DNA of 64,000 nt from Squalus acanthias (lineage: Eukaryota). The stretch covers positions 162,938,001 through 163,002,000 of the forward strand of contig CM059425.1 of assembly GCA_030390025.1 (NCBI GenBank). Reading direction: 5' to 3'. Position 1 is the stretch's first letter, and each line of letters starts with the position of its first letter. The notes beneath the pieces were generated by a model. The model did not search any database, was not told the DNA's origin, and saw nothing but the letters and a program-made list of their open reading frames with translations. A program made the translations under genes and the position numbers. Of this stretch, positions 1 through 10,278 are shown piece by piece.

Positions 1-2381
1 GCCTGTTGCACCTGCATGCTCGCCTTCAGTGACTGGTGTACAAGAACACCCAGGTCTCTCTGTACTTCCCCCTCTCCCAATTTATTGCCATTTAAATAAT
101 AATTTGCCCTCCCGTTCCTGCACCCAAGGTGGATAACTTCGCACTTGTCCACATTATAGTGCATCTGCCATTTATCCGCCCAATCACCCAGTCTGTCCAA
201 ATCGCTCTGGAGCTTCCTGGTCTCCTCCTCTGAGCCCACCCCCCCTCCTAGTTTAGTGTCGTCTGCAAATTTGGAAATGCTGCATTCGACTCCCTGATCC
301 AGGTCATTAATATAAATTGTGAACAGCTGGGGACCCAGGACAGATCCCTGTGGTACCCCACTTGTTACTGCCTGCCATTCAGAAAATGAGCCGTTTATTC
401 CAACTCTCTGTTTTCTATCTGACAGCCAGTTCTCTATCCACGTCAATACTTTCCCCTTTATCCCATGAGCTTCAATTTTCCATGCTAATCTTTTATGTGG
501 GACCTTATCGAAGGCCTTTTGGAAGTCCAGGTACACCACATCTACTGGCTCTCCCCCATCTATTTTACCCGTTACTCCCTCAAAAAATTCCAATAGATTA
601 GTCAAGCACGATTTACCCTTTGTAAATCCATGTTGACTCTGTCCTATCCTGTCCCCATTTGCTAAGTGCTCGGCTATTTCATCCTTAATGATGGACTCCA
701 GCATTTTGCCCACAACTGATGTAAGGCTTACAGGTCTGTAATTACCTGCTTTTTCCCTACCCCCCTTTTTGAATAGTGGGGTAACGTTAGCTACCCTCCA
801 ATCCATGGGCACTGTTCCTGAGTCTAATGAATTCTGAAAAATCATGCTTAGTGCATCCGCTATCTCTAGGGCCACCTCCTTCAGTACCCTAGGATGCATG
901 TTATCAGGCCCTGGGGATTTGTCCGCCTTCAATCCCTTTAGCTTCCTTAACACCATATCCTTAGAGATATTGATTTGCGTCAGTTCCTCCTTTGCCAATG
1001 TCCCTATTTTTCCCGATATCCCAGGGAGGTTTTTTGTGTCTTCCTTCGTAAAGACTGACCCAAAGTATGCATTTAGTTGGTCTGCCATTTCCTTATTTCC
1101 CATTATATATTCCCCCGTATCTGACTGCAATGGACCAACTTTGGTTTTCACCAGTCTTTTCCTCTTGATATACTTATAAAAGCTTTTGGAGTTAGTTTTT
1201 ATATTTTCCGCCAGCTTGCTTTCGTAAGCTATTTTGCCCTTCTTGATTAAGCCCTTTGCCCTCCTTTGCTCTATCTTAAACTGTTCCCAATCTTCCGCTC
1301 TGGCGCGTTTTTTGGCTATTTTATACGCCCTATCTTTGGATTTTATGCTGTCTCTAATTTCCCCTGTTATCCACGGTTGAGTCACCTTTTTAGATTTCCT
1401 TTTATGCCAGATTGGTATAAACAATTTTTGCAATTTTGTCATTCTATCTTTAAATGCTTGCCATTGTTTATCTACCTCCAGTCCTCCCAGGAACGTTGTC
1501 CAATCAGACCTACTCAGTTCCCGTCTAATGGCATCATAATTCCCCTTGTTTAAATTCAGGACCTGAGTCTCTGAGTCAATTTCTTCGCTCTCCATTTCGA
1601 GTGAGAAATCGATCATGTTATGATCGCTCTGACCCAAGGGTCCCCGTACAACAAGATTACTAATTAGTCCCTTCTCATTGCACAGTACCCAGTCCAATAT
1701 AGCCTGTTCCCGAGTTGGTTCCTCGACATATTGATCCAGATAACCATCCCTTAAACACTCAAGGAATTCCTCCTCCTCATTATTTTTACTGATTAGGCTA
1801 GTCCAATCTATATGTAAGTTAAAGTCACCTATGATGACAGCTGTGCTCTTATTGCACGCTTCTCTAATTTCCCTCGTGATGCCCTCCCCAACCTCTATTT
1901 TACTATTTGGAGGCCTATATACCACTCCTATTAATGTTTTTCGCCCCTCGCTATTTCTTAGCTCCACCCATATAGATTCTGTATTAACTGAGTTAATATC
2001 CTTCCTTTCAATTGCATTTATCCCCTCTTTTACCAGCAATGCTACCCCTCCTCCCTTTCTTTTTTGTCGATCCTTCCTAAATACTGAATACCCCTGTATG
2101 TTAAGCTCCCAGCCCTGCTCACCCTGCAACCATGTTTCCGTAATCCCAATTAGATCATAATTATTAACCTCTATTTCCACAGCTAATTCATCTACCTTGT
2201 TCCTGATGCTTCTCGCATTAAGGTATAAAACCCTCAGGCTTTTTTTATGCTCACATTTTTTATGAATTAGTTTGGCCCTTTGTTTTTTGTTCCTCTCCTT
2301 TTTACCATTTATTTCTGTCTGCCTTTCACTTTCCTCTATTTCACTACATGGGTTTCTAGCCCCCTGCCATACTAGTTTAAA
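1..2381 (-). CDS. CR1 ORF2 (APE endonuclease + reverse transcriptase), 3'-partial, apparently uninterrupted, no initiator AUG
   Basis: Translated by hand without stops from 2396 to ~1600. RT motifs at 539, 359 and 59 are in the same frame. The ORF track lists no internal minus-strand ORF here, consistent with a frame open to the window edge. Confidence 0.85.
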
Positions 2382-2704
2382 TGCTCCCGAACTGCTTTAT
2401 CAAAATTTACCCCGAGAACCTCAGTTCCATCTTTGCACAGGTGTAGACCGTCCCTTTTGTATAGGTCACACCTACCACAAAACTGGTCCCAATGCCTTAA
2501 AAATTTAAAACCCTCCCTCTTACACCACTGCTCAAGCCACGTATTTAGCCTAACTATCCTGTTCTCTGTACTCTTACTAGCACGTGGCACTGGTAGTAAT
2601 CCAGAGATTACTACCTTCGAGGTCCTACTTTTTAGCTTGGCTCCTAACTCCCTAAATTCTACTTGTAGGACCTCTTCCCTTTTTTTAGCTACGTCGTTGG
2701 TACC
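2372..2704 (-). CDS. CR1 ORF1 C-terminal fragment (SGNH/GDSL esterase-like)
   Basis: TNDVAKKREEVL...SKVVISGLLPVPRAS...LNTWLEQWCKREGFKFLRHWD...DGLHL...EHLN*; includes track ORF 2372..2590. Confidence 0.85.
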   Translation of the reverse strand, partial: GTNDVAKKREEVLQVEFRELGAKLKSRTSKVVISGLLPVPRASKSTENRIVRLNTWLEQWCKREGFKFLRHWDQFCGRCDLYKRDGLHLCKDGTEVLGVNFDKAVREHLN

Positions 2705-3630
2705 AGGGGGAAGGAAATGTAGTCACTTCTCCTTCTGTAGAGAGCCTCTGTCAGCCACCCCCCCACTCCCCCCCACCAGATGCAGCGATGAACGGTGAAC
2801 TGTGAAATGTTAGATATGTCTCCTGCTGCAGACTGGAAGGATCCGCTGGCATAGAAATTGAGGGCGACGGTGACCTTGACTGCCACTGAGAGAGCCATGG
2901 TGGTCCTGATCTGAGTCTCGAGGTCTGGCTGCAGGAGGTGGCAGAGCTCTGTGACCACCTCCATGTTGAAATGGAGCCTTCTAATACACTGCTGCTCAGT
3001 TAAATTTATGTAGAAGTGCTCCCGGAATACCCTGGGAGGGTAAGGCCTCCTGTTGAGAGCCCTGTTGCCCCTCCTCCCTCTGGCCACATTTTCCAATCTT
3101 TGTCTCTGCCTCCGATGTTGATGCTGGAGGGCGAGGTCGAGTCCCAGTACAGCCCTCATTAATGTATTCAAATGTAGGAGTTGAAATCAAAGCACAATGA
3201 AACTAATAAATTTTTAGCAGCCAGAAGTAATAAACGTTTACCTCACTGAAAACAGCTGTTTCCCTATCTCAAACTGAGAAGGCAGCATTGATTGGCGACT
3301 AAAATGAAACCGGATGTTGATCCCTTTAAACATCGCTCCTACAGCAGCCATCCGACTGCATCCCGCCTCCTCTTCCTACCGTTGTTCACGCCAGGCGCTA
3401 AGACAGGGGGCGGCAGTCAATTTTGCATCTGTGCCGTTAACGGGGCATTCCACACATGCTGATGTCACGATCTGTCAGCCGCTAAAGGCGTAGGCGCTAA
3501 ATGTTATCGGCAGCGCTAAATCCCGGGTGAATGTTGCATGCGGCGTTGGATTTGCTGCGCTCCGCCACAAACCCGTTAGCGCCCTCCCCAGGCGCTAACG
3601 GGAAGTGCTAACATGCCGAATTTCTCCCCC
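2705..3630 (-). mobile_element. PIF/Harbinger remnant: decayed N-terminal part of transposase (2705-3171) plus terminal region
   Basis: ORF 2689..3171 is homologous to the intact transposase at 38859-40019 (YPPRVFRE, EVVTELCHLLQPDL, LSVAVKVTVALNFYASGSFQ). Terminal AATTTCTCCCCC at 3619-3630. Confidence 0.85.
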
Positions 3631-3855
3631 TTTAAATGTTTAAATTAGCAAAAGTTTGATGGTAGAATCATAAAATGGCAATTCTACTGCCAGCAATGCC
3701 AAGTGAGTGCATGTGACTCCTTTGATGTGCATTGCACAGGCCTGCTGTTTAACAAGTCAATAGATTACAAAGTTAAAAGATGAATTCAATGCATTAATAT
3801 TCAATTGAGATTTAATGCTGATTCAAATGCCTCCTTCACTTTAATAAGACACTAA

Positions 3856-4601
3856 GGGGGGAAAATTGGGTTGCTTTGTGCCTCCCATTAGCACCCCCGG
3901 GGGACGCTAACGGGGTGCAAAGCCCCGGCGCCCAGGCGCGGCGCTGCTAACGCCTCCCGCTAAATTCAGTGGGAGGTTAGCGGCGGCGGTAGCCAGTAGC
4001 ACCCCACAGCACTGTGCCTCCGGCAATGACATCATCACCGTGCGCAGCGCCCCGCTCACACCCCAGCCGCAAATTCGGTCCCGCCCCCTGACCTACTGCC
4101 GGACGATATGTCCAACAGGGTCAGGGTGGCATTTTTGCGGCCGTGGCGGAGCAAATTAAAGGGCAGGTGCCAGGCAGCCATTTTTTTTTGGCCGTCTGAC
4201 AGCACTTGCCCCCTTCCCCTTTTTTATGCGGATTGTTGGCCGCGATTGGTCAGCCCAGCACTCCTTGAGTGCCAGGCTGTTTTCCCGGCACCCTGCTCCC
4301 CAGTGGTCCAGCAGGGCCCCGGTGCACGCTGCGCTAGGCCCTTCCCCTTTAATCAGGGGAGGGAGGCCTGCAATACTGCGGCGCTACGTGACAACGCGCG
4401 TGACGCTGTTGCAAATAGCACCGCGATATTCACTTGTAGCGCCCCAGGAAGGAGGGGGAGCGCTTCCAGTAGCGCCCCGCCTCCTGCTTGGGGCGCTACC
4501 ACTGAATTTACAGCGCAAGGGTGCTAACTTTTTCGGGGCGCTAAAAGTAGCGCCCTGGCGACATTAGCACCCCAAAGGGGGCGCCACCGAATTTTTCCCC
4601 C
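3856..4601. mobile_element. Non-autonomous Harbinger-type MITE (same family as 7327-8014, opposite orientation)
   Basis: Termini GGGGGGAAAATT / AATTTTTCCCCC; CpG-rich with GGCGCTAA-type subterminal repeats; internal sequence is the reverse complement of 7327-8014. Confidence 0.8.
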
Positions 4602-4835
4602 AAGCCTTCAGCTATCATGCCCCTGCAATCTGGAATTCTCTTCCTAAACTTCTCCACATTGCTGTATCTCTCGCCACCTTCAAAAGCCTCCTCCAAACCT
4701 ACCACTTTGGCTCTGCCTTCAGTCACCTCCTCTAACTTTTCCCTGCTCCTTGTCAGTGTTCAGTCCCCTCCCCCCTTGTGAAGTGCCTTGGGACATTTTG
4801 CTATGTTAAAGGCTCTGTATAAGTGTAAGTTGCTG
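4602..4835 (+). mobile_element. Decayed L2-type LINE 3' fragment
   Basis: Matches the 3' UTR/tail of the L2 copy at 58760-59010 (TGGAATTC..CCTAAAC; GTGAAGTGCCTTGGGAC..GTTAAAGG). Confidence 0.6.
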
Positions 4836-6710
4836 AGGGAGATTCCATTCTCATTTATGTAACTCTACCACTAACAATTTGCCAAAGGTAAAATACACAG
4901 TTGAAATGCTTTTTGAAACCATTATTAACATGTAAACAGTGCTCTGAATGAGGTTGGGCTGGGCAGACTGCAGCTGTGCTTTTTGTCTATCTGCAGCCTG
5001 AATCTATTTCTAAGGCAACATTGGGCACTGACAGTCATTCCAGCCAGTGTGGAGAGAGACAGGACTGTTGGGTTAAAGATGCGTTTGTTTAATTCTTGGG
5101 AAAAAAGTAAATAAGAGTGTATTATCCTCACACTTAATATATATAATAAAAAAATAAAGCATATTTTTAATCGGTCAAAGAATTAGAGAAAAGCAAGATG
5201 TTGAAAAACACTTTAGTCTTGATAACATTTGTTGTAAATCAGAAACAGGTGGGTAATCCTTCATTGCCTTACTTAAAATTGAGATTTTCTCATTAATAAA
5301 TAAAGGAATATTCCCTGGAAATATTATCATTTATTTCAATTTTTTTCAATCATTTTGAAATTATATAACTAGCACAAAGCTACTGAATGCTCCTCAGGCT
5401 GCAGTTATACTAAAGTATGGTATCCACAGAGTGCAGCCATTAATGAAGCAGACCTGAATTATACTTTCAGGAGTACTTCACTGCAGGCTGAGACCAGTAA
5501 TAAAGGAGGACTGCATGTGTGTGCTTGGATATATCTGCAGAACTCCATTGTTCTGGTAACTAATTTTTAATGTTGAGAGCACAGATGGGACTGGTGTTTC
5601 TCTCCTCATCGAAAAAGAAGTTTATGAAATTCCCTGAAGGTCAAGTATGCCGCCTGAATACCTTTAAAATGCAGCTTTGCACCAGACTGTAGGTGCAAAG
5701 GCAAATCAGTGCAAGAGTGTTTCCTATTGGGTTTCACTGCACTTGGAGTCAGATTCTCAACCTGACTCCTGAATTGTACTGCTACATTCGCCTCAATGTG
5801 CCTCAGAATTGCTTCACACTGACATTGAAGAGGCAGAGTAACTGCAGCCTGAGATTTTCTCATTAAGGAGACACTCTAAAGCCATCTCAATAAGACTGCA
5901 TTTACACTTTTGCAAATATTTATTTGGTTATTTTACTCCTCAAAACCTCTCAGTTAGCTGCTGATTAAAAATTGAAAAGTAAAATATAATATTACTACCA
6001 ATGATTTTACCCTGAAGATATTCTGACTCAACTCAAAATGAATGTTGAATAAATCCTTGCTGCAGCCCCATATAACAGGTGAGCACTTTTCATTCAGGTC
6101 ACTGGCCCATGCAGTAAATTTCCTATTTCTTTACTGTACTAGTTAACACGTTCTTATAAAATTCATTGAAAGTAGACAGGTTAAAACAGCACAAACAGGT
6201 ATTTATGCAAATAGAAACATAGGAACAAGAGTAGGCCATGCAGCCACTCGAGCTTACTCCACCATTCAATGAGATCATGGCTGACCTGTATCTTAACTCC
6301 ATCCACCTGCCTTGACTCCACATTCTTTTATACCCTTGGCTAGCAAAAATCTATCAACCTCAGATTTAAAATTATTAATTGAGTAGCATCTATTGCTTTT
6401 TGTGGGGGAGAGTGCCACACCTCTAACACCCTTTGCGTGTAGAAGTGTTTCCTAACTTCTCTCCTGAAAGGCCTGGCTCTGATTTTAAGGTTATGTCCTA
6501 GACTCTCACACCAGTGTAAAAAGTTTTTCTATTTACCCTATCAATTTGTTTCAAAATCCTAACAACCTCAATCAAATCACCCCTTAACCTTGTATATTCC
6601 AGGGAATACAGGCCTAGTTTATGTAATCTCTCCTCATAATCTAACCCTTGGAGCCCTGGTAACATTCTGGTGAATCTGCGCTGCACTTCTTCCAAGGCCA
6701 ATATATCCTA

Positions 6711-6915
6711 TTGTAGGGAAAAATGTGAATAGATTTTGTCTGTGTTTAAATTGTGAATTCTGGGAGATTCTCTCACTGCTAACTTACCTGACGAAGGAGC
6801 GAACTGCTTCGAAAGCTTGTAAAATTAAATAAATCTGTTGGACTATAACCTGGTGTTGTGCGACTTCTCATTTTTGTCCACCCCAGTCCAACGCCGGCAT
6901 CTCCACATCATGACA
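6711..6915 (+). mobile_element. Short Penelope-like (pLTR-type) insert carrying a hammerhead ribozyme; 11-bp TSD
   Basis: AATATATCCTA duplicated at 6700-6710 and 6916-6926; sequence shared with 56743-56969. Confidence 0.75.
6784..6822 (+). ncRNA. Minimal type I hammerhead ribozyme
   Basis: TTAC-CTGACGA-A-GGAGC-gaact-GCTTC-GAA-AGCT-T-GTAA: catalytic core boxes, stem I TTAC/GTAA, stem II GGAGC/GCTTC, palindromic helix III. Confidence 0.7.
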
Positions 6916-7326
6916 AATATATCCTAAGGTGTGGTGCCCAGAAATGTACACAGTACTCCAGGTGTGGTCTAACCAGGGCTTTGTATAGTTGTACCAAAAC
7001 TTCCTGCCCTTTATATTCTAGCTCTCTAGTTATAAAGGCTAACATTTCATTAGCCTTTTTGATTATTTTTTGTACCTGACTACTACATTTTAGTAATCTG
7101 TGTACATGGACCTAAATCCTAAATCTCTTTGGACCTCCACTGGTCCTAGCTTTTCACCATTTAAATAATACTCAGATCTATCCTTTTTTGGTCCAAACTG
7201 GATGACCTCACACTTACCTGCATTGAAATTCTTCTGCCAGTTTCGCCCACTCACTTAATCTATCAATGTCTTTTTGTAATTTTATGCTCCCGTCTACACT
7301 ACTTACTATAATATGTTACTTACTAA

Positions 7327-8014
7327 AGGGAGAAAATTGGCTCGCGCCCCCTTTGGGGTGATAACTTTGCTACTTTTAGCACCCCGAAAAAGTTAGCGCC
7401 CCAGGCCCGAAATTCAATGGTAGCGCCCCAAGCAGGAGGCGGGGCACTACTGGAAGTGCTCCCCCTCCCTCTTGGGGCGTTCCCATTGAATATCACGGTG
7501 CTACATGCAGCAGCGCCATGGGCGCCGGCACGTCGTGCCGCGGTACTGCAGGCCTCCCTCCCCTGATTAAAGGGGCGGGGCCTAGCGCAGCACGCACCGG
7601 GGCCCTGCTGGACCACCGGGGAACGGGGTGCCGGCAAAAGAGCTCGGCACTCCTCTTGAGTGCCGGGCTGCCCGATCACGGCCGGCTCCCCGCCTCAGGA
7701 GGCGAAGGGGGCAGGTGCTGGCAGGCGGCCCAAATAAAAATGGCCGCCTGGCACCTGCCCTTTAATTATCGCCACCCTGACCCTGTCGGACCCAACGTCC
7801 GGCGGGAGGTCGGGGGCACGAGCCAAGTTTGCAGCCGGGGCGCTGCGCACGGCGATGACATCATTGCTGCAGCACCGCAGGGCGTTACCGGCTACCGACG
7901 CTGCTAACCTCCCGCTGAATTTCGCGGGAGGCATTAGCGGCGCCGCTCCTGGGCACTAGTTGCTTTGCATACCGTTAGCACCCCGGGGGTGCAAAGCAAA
8001 TTAATTTTTCCCCT
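7327..8014. mobile_element. Non-autonomous Harbinger-type MITE, TAA TSD
   Basis: TAA|AGGGAGAAAATT ... AATTTTTCCCCT|TAA. Confidence 0.85.
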
Positions 8015-8100
8015 TAAATATATTAGCTAGTGTGCTAAAAGCACTGGACAAAAGAAATTAAGCCCACTAATGTTTACACTACCTGCTGCCTTGATAGTAT

Positions 8101-8260
8101 AAAGAAAGAACTTGCATTTATATAGCACCCAAAGCACTTTAAAGCCAATGATTTATTTTTGAAGTTTAGTCACTGTTATGAAGTAGGCTAACGTGGCAGC
8201 ATATTTGCGCAAAGCAAGATCCCACAGATAGTAAGCAGATAAATGAACAGTTAATCTTTT
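8101..8260 (-). mobile_element. SINE 3' fragment with L2-derived tail (DeuSINE/AmnSINE1/SacSINE1-like)
   Basis: Reverse complement resembles 19985-20115 (CCTAC..ACAGTGACT..CTTCAAAA..ATTGGCT..AAAGTGCTTTG..CTATATAAATGCAAG). Family name is from recall. Confidence 0.55.
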
Positions 8261-8689
8261 TTTTTGGTTGTGATCATATAGAACTAACCTGCATTAGCTC
8301 TTCTTTATCATTGAAAACAATAGCAGCTTTGAATCAGCCATTTCGACCAGCCTGGCACAACTCTCCTGACATGCAGTAGGTACTGTTCAAGTCCAGTATC
8401 TGGACACCAGACTCTCTGCCACAAATAAATAACTTCACCCTTTACACAAAAATCAGTTACTGGTCCAAGACTAACATGTGCAGAAAATTATTCATCCCAT
8501 TTTCAACTCACTGGTCCAGATTCTGTAACCACACATAAAGTAACGACTTTCCATGTGGCAATTTTGATTGTGATCTTGTCTGACATCCAGCCTTGCATGA
8601 GGCATAATTTTCCCCATCTAAGCATTGGAAGACCAAGGCTACTGCCTTCAGCCCCTGCACATACTCCCTACCCTCCCAACCACTGAGTC

Positions 8690-10278
8690 GTGGACATATA
8701 CAGGTTAAGTGATTGGGCAAAACAGTGGCAGATGGATTTCAATGTGGGGAAATGTGAGGTTCAAGAAAGACAAATCAGAATATTTTCTAAATGACGAGGG
8801 ACTAGAAACTGTGGAGGACCAAAGGGATTTGGGTGTCTAGCTACACAAATTACTAAAAGCTAGTGCACAACTACAACAAGTTATCAAAAAGGCTAATGAT
8901 GGCCCAAAAATTAAACCTAATACGCGAGAGTACGCACTGTGTACTCTCGCGTATTAGATCCCGAATTGCCGGTTTCCTGCATGCACTGCGCATGCGCGGG
9001 AAACCGGCACTTCGTGAATTGCAAAGGGGGCGGTTCCTAAGTGAACCGCGTGCGCGCTACAGGTTGTGCGCACGCAGTGCACTTAGTTTTTTTTCAGCTT
9101 TGAACGCGCAGGTAAGTGGTGAAGATTTTACACATAAAGAAAGCAGGCGTAGGACCCCCTTTTAACAAGGTAAGTAGTTAATTAAGTGTTATTTTAAATT
9201 TTTTCAACAGGTTTATCTTTTTTAGAGACTTTAAAGAAAGGTAAGTTTATTTTTATAACTTTTAAAAAGATTTTAAATTTTTTCAAAAATTTAATTTTTT
9301 GTTTAAAGTGGTTAATTTATTTAACTATACTTATTTTATTAATGTGATGGCTTTTTTTTAATTTAATTGAGGTTTAGCTGTTCTTTTGGGGGGTTGTAGT
9401 ATTCATAGCTTTGACAGCTCTTGCTGTCAAAACTATGAATGAAAGATGGTGTGCTGCCATTGGCTCTAACTGAATCACGTGATCCCAGAGCTCGCACGCA
9501 CTAATTGCGCCTCTGGGATACGCACACACTGCGCGGTTGCAGCAAGAAGAGGCTCTGAAACTAAAGTTCGTGTGGGCCCCAAACAAAAAGGTAGGCGCGG
9601 AGTGCGATATCGCGGGGAATCCTTACCCCCGCGGGAACCATCGATGTTTAATTTCTGGGCCCATATGTTGGCCTTTATCTCAAGAGGGTTGGAATACAAA
9701 GAGAAGGAAGTTATGCTTCAGTTGTACTGAGCCTTGGTCAGACCCCATCTGGATTATTGCGTTCACTCGGGTTCTGGGCACCACACCTCATGAAGGTACA
9801 TTGGTCTTGGACGGGATATAGTGCAAATTTATCAAAATTATACCAGAGCTTAAAGGGCTAAATTATTAAGTGAGATTGCATAAACTTGGGTTGTATTCCC
9901 TTGAGTTTATAAGACAGAGGATTATCTAATTGAGGTATTTGAAATGATCAAAGTATTTGATGAGGTAGATATAGAGAAGCTATTTCTTCGTCCTCTGGTG
10001 GAGGAATCCAGAACAAGGGGGTATACATCTTAAAATTAGAGATAGGCCATTCAGGAGTTAAATCAGGAAGTGCTTATCCACATAAAGGATAATAGAAATG
10101 TGGAATTCTCTCACCCAAAAGGCTAAGGATGCTTGGTCAATTGAAATTTCATGGATCGACAGATTTTTGTTGGTAAGGGTATCAATGGATTTGGTTCAAA
10201 GACAGGTAAATGATTTAATTAAATGGCGGAACAGGCTCAAGGGGCTGAATGGCCTACTCCTGTTCCGATGTTTCTATG
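8690..10278 (+). mobile_element. Decayed CR1 3' fragment split by MITE 8900-9662
   Basis: W..QWQMDFNVGKCEV..., MLAFISRGLEYKEKEVMLQLY, CR1 3' UTR GGGGCTGAATGGCCTACTCCTG and tail. Confidence 0.85.
8900..9662. mobile_element. Non-autonomous DNA transposon (Harbinger-like MITE), 17-bp TIR, T-rich core
   Basis: TGGCCCAAAAATTAAAC at 8900 versus GTTTAATTTCTGGGCCC ending at 9662; interrupts CR1 between GGCTAAT and ATGTTGGCC. Confidence 0.75.

Larger units (their letters stand above)
1..2704 (-). mobile_element. CR1-clade LINE, young; 5'-truncated inside ORF1, runs off the window at position 1; abuts a Harbinger transposase remnant
   Basis: Minus-strand translation gives the ORF1 SGNH-esterase C-terminus (GTND...VVISGLLP...DGLHL), then ORF2 APE endonuclease (YLNARS, GITETWL, YRPP, GDFN, SDH) and RT motifs ([30 protein letters not shown]). 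Confidence 0.95.
6210..7312 (-). mobile_element. CR1 LINE 3' fragment, interrupted by insert 6711-6915
   Basis: ORF 6498..6701 LEEVQRRFTRMLPGL..YEERL..LGLYSLE..RLRGDLIEV; CR1 3' UTR and tail near 6210-6300. Confidence 0.9.

Noticed and set aside
350..2160. Plus-strand ORFs 350..601, 844..1179, 1266..1553, 1831..2160
   Set aside because: Antisense shadows of CR1 ORF2.
5281..5866. ORF 5606..5863 and a 16-bp repeat GAGATTTTCTCATTAA (5281, 5851) as a possible alternative MCTP1 first exon
   Set aside because: No recognisable homology; the copy next to a GTAAG donor reads MRKSQF-stop; the repeat is too short to interpret.
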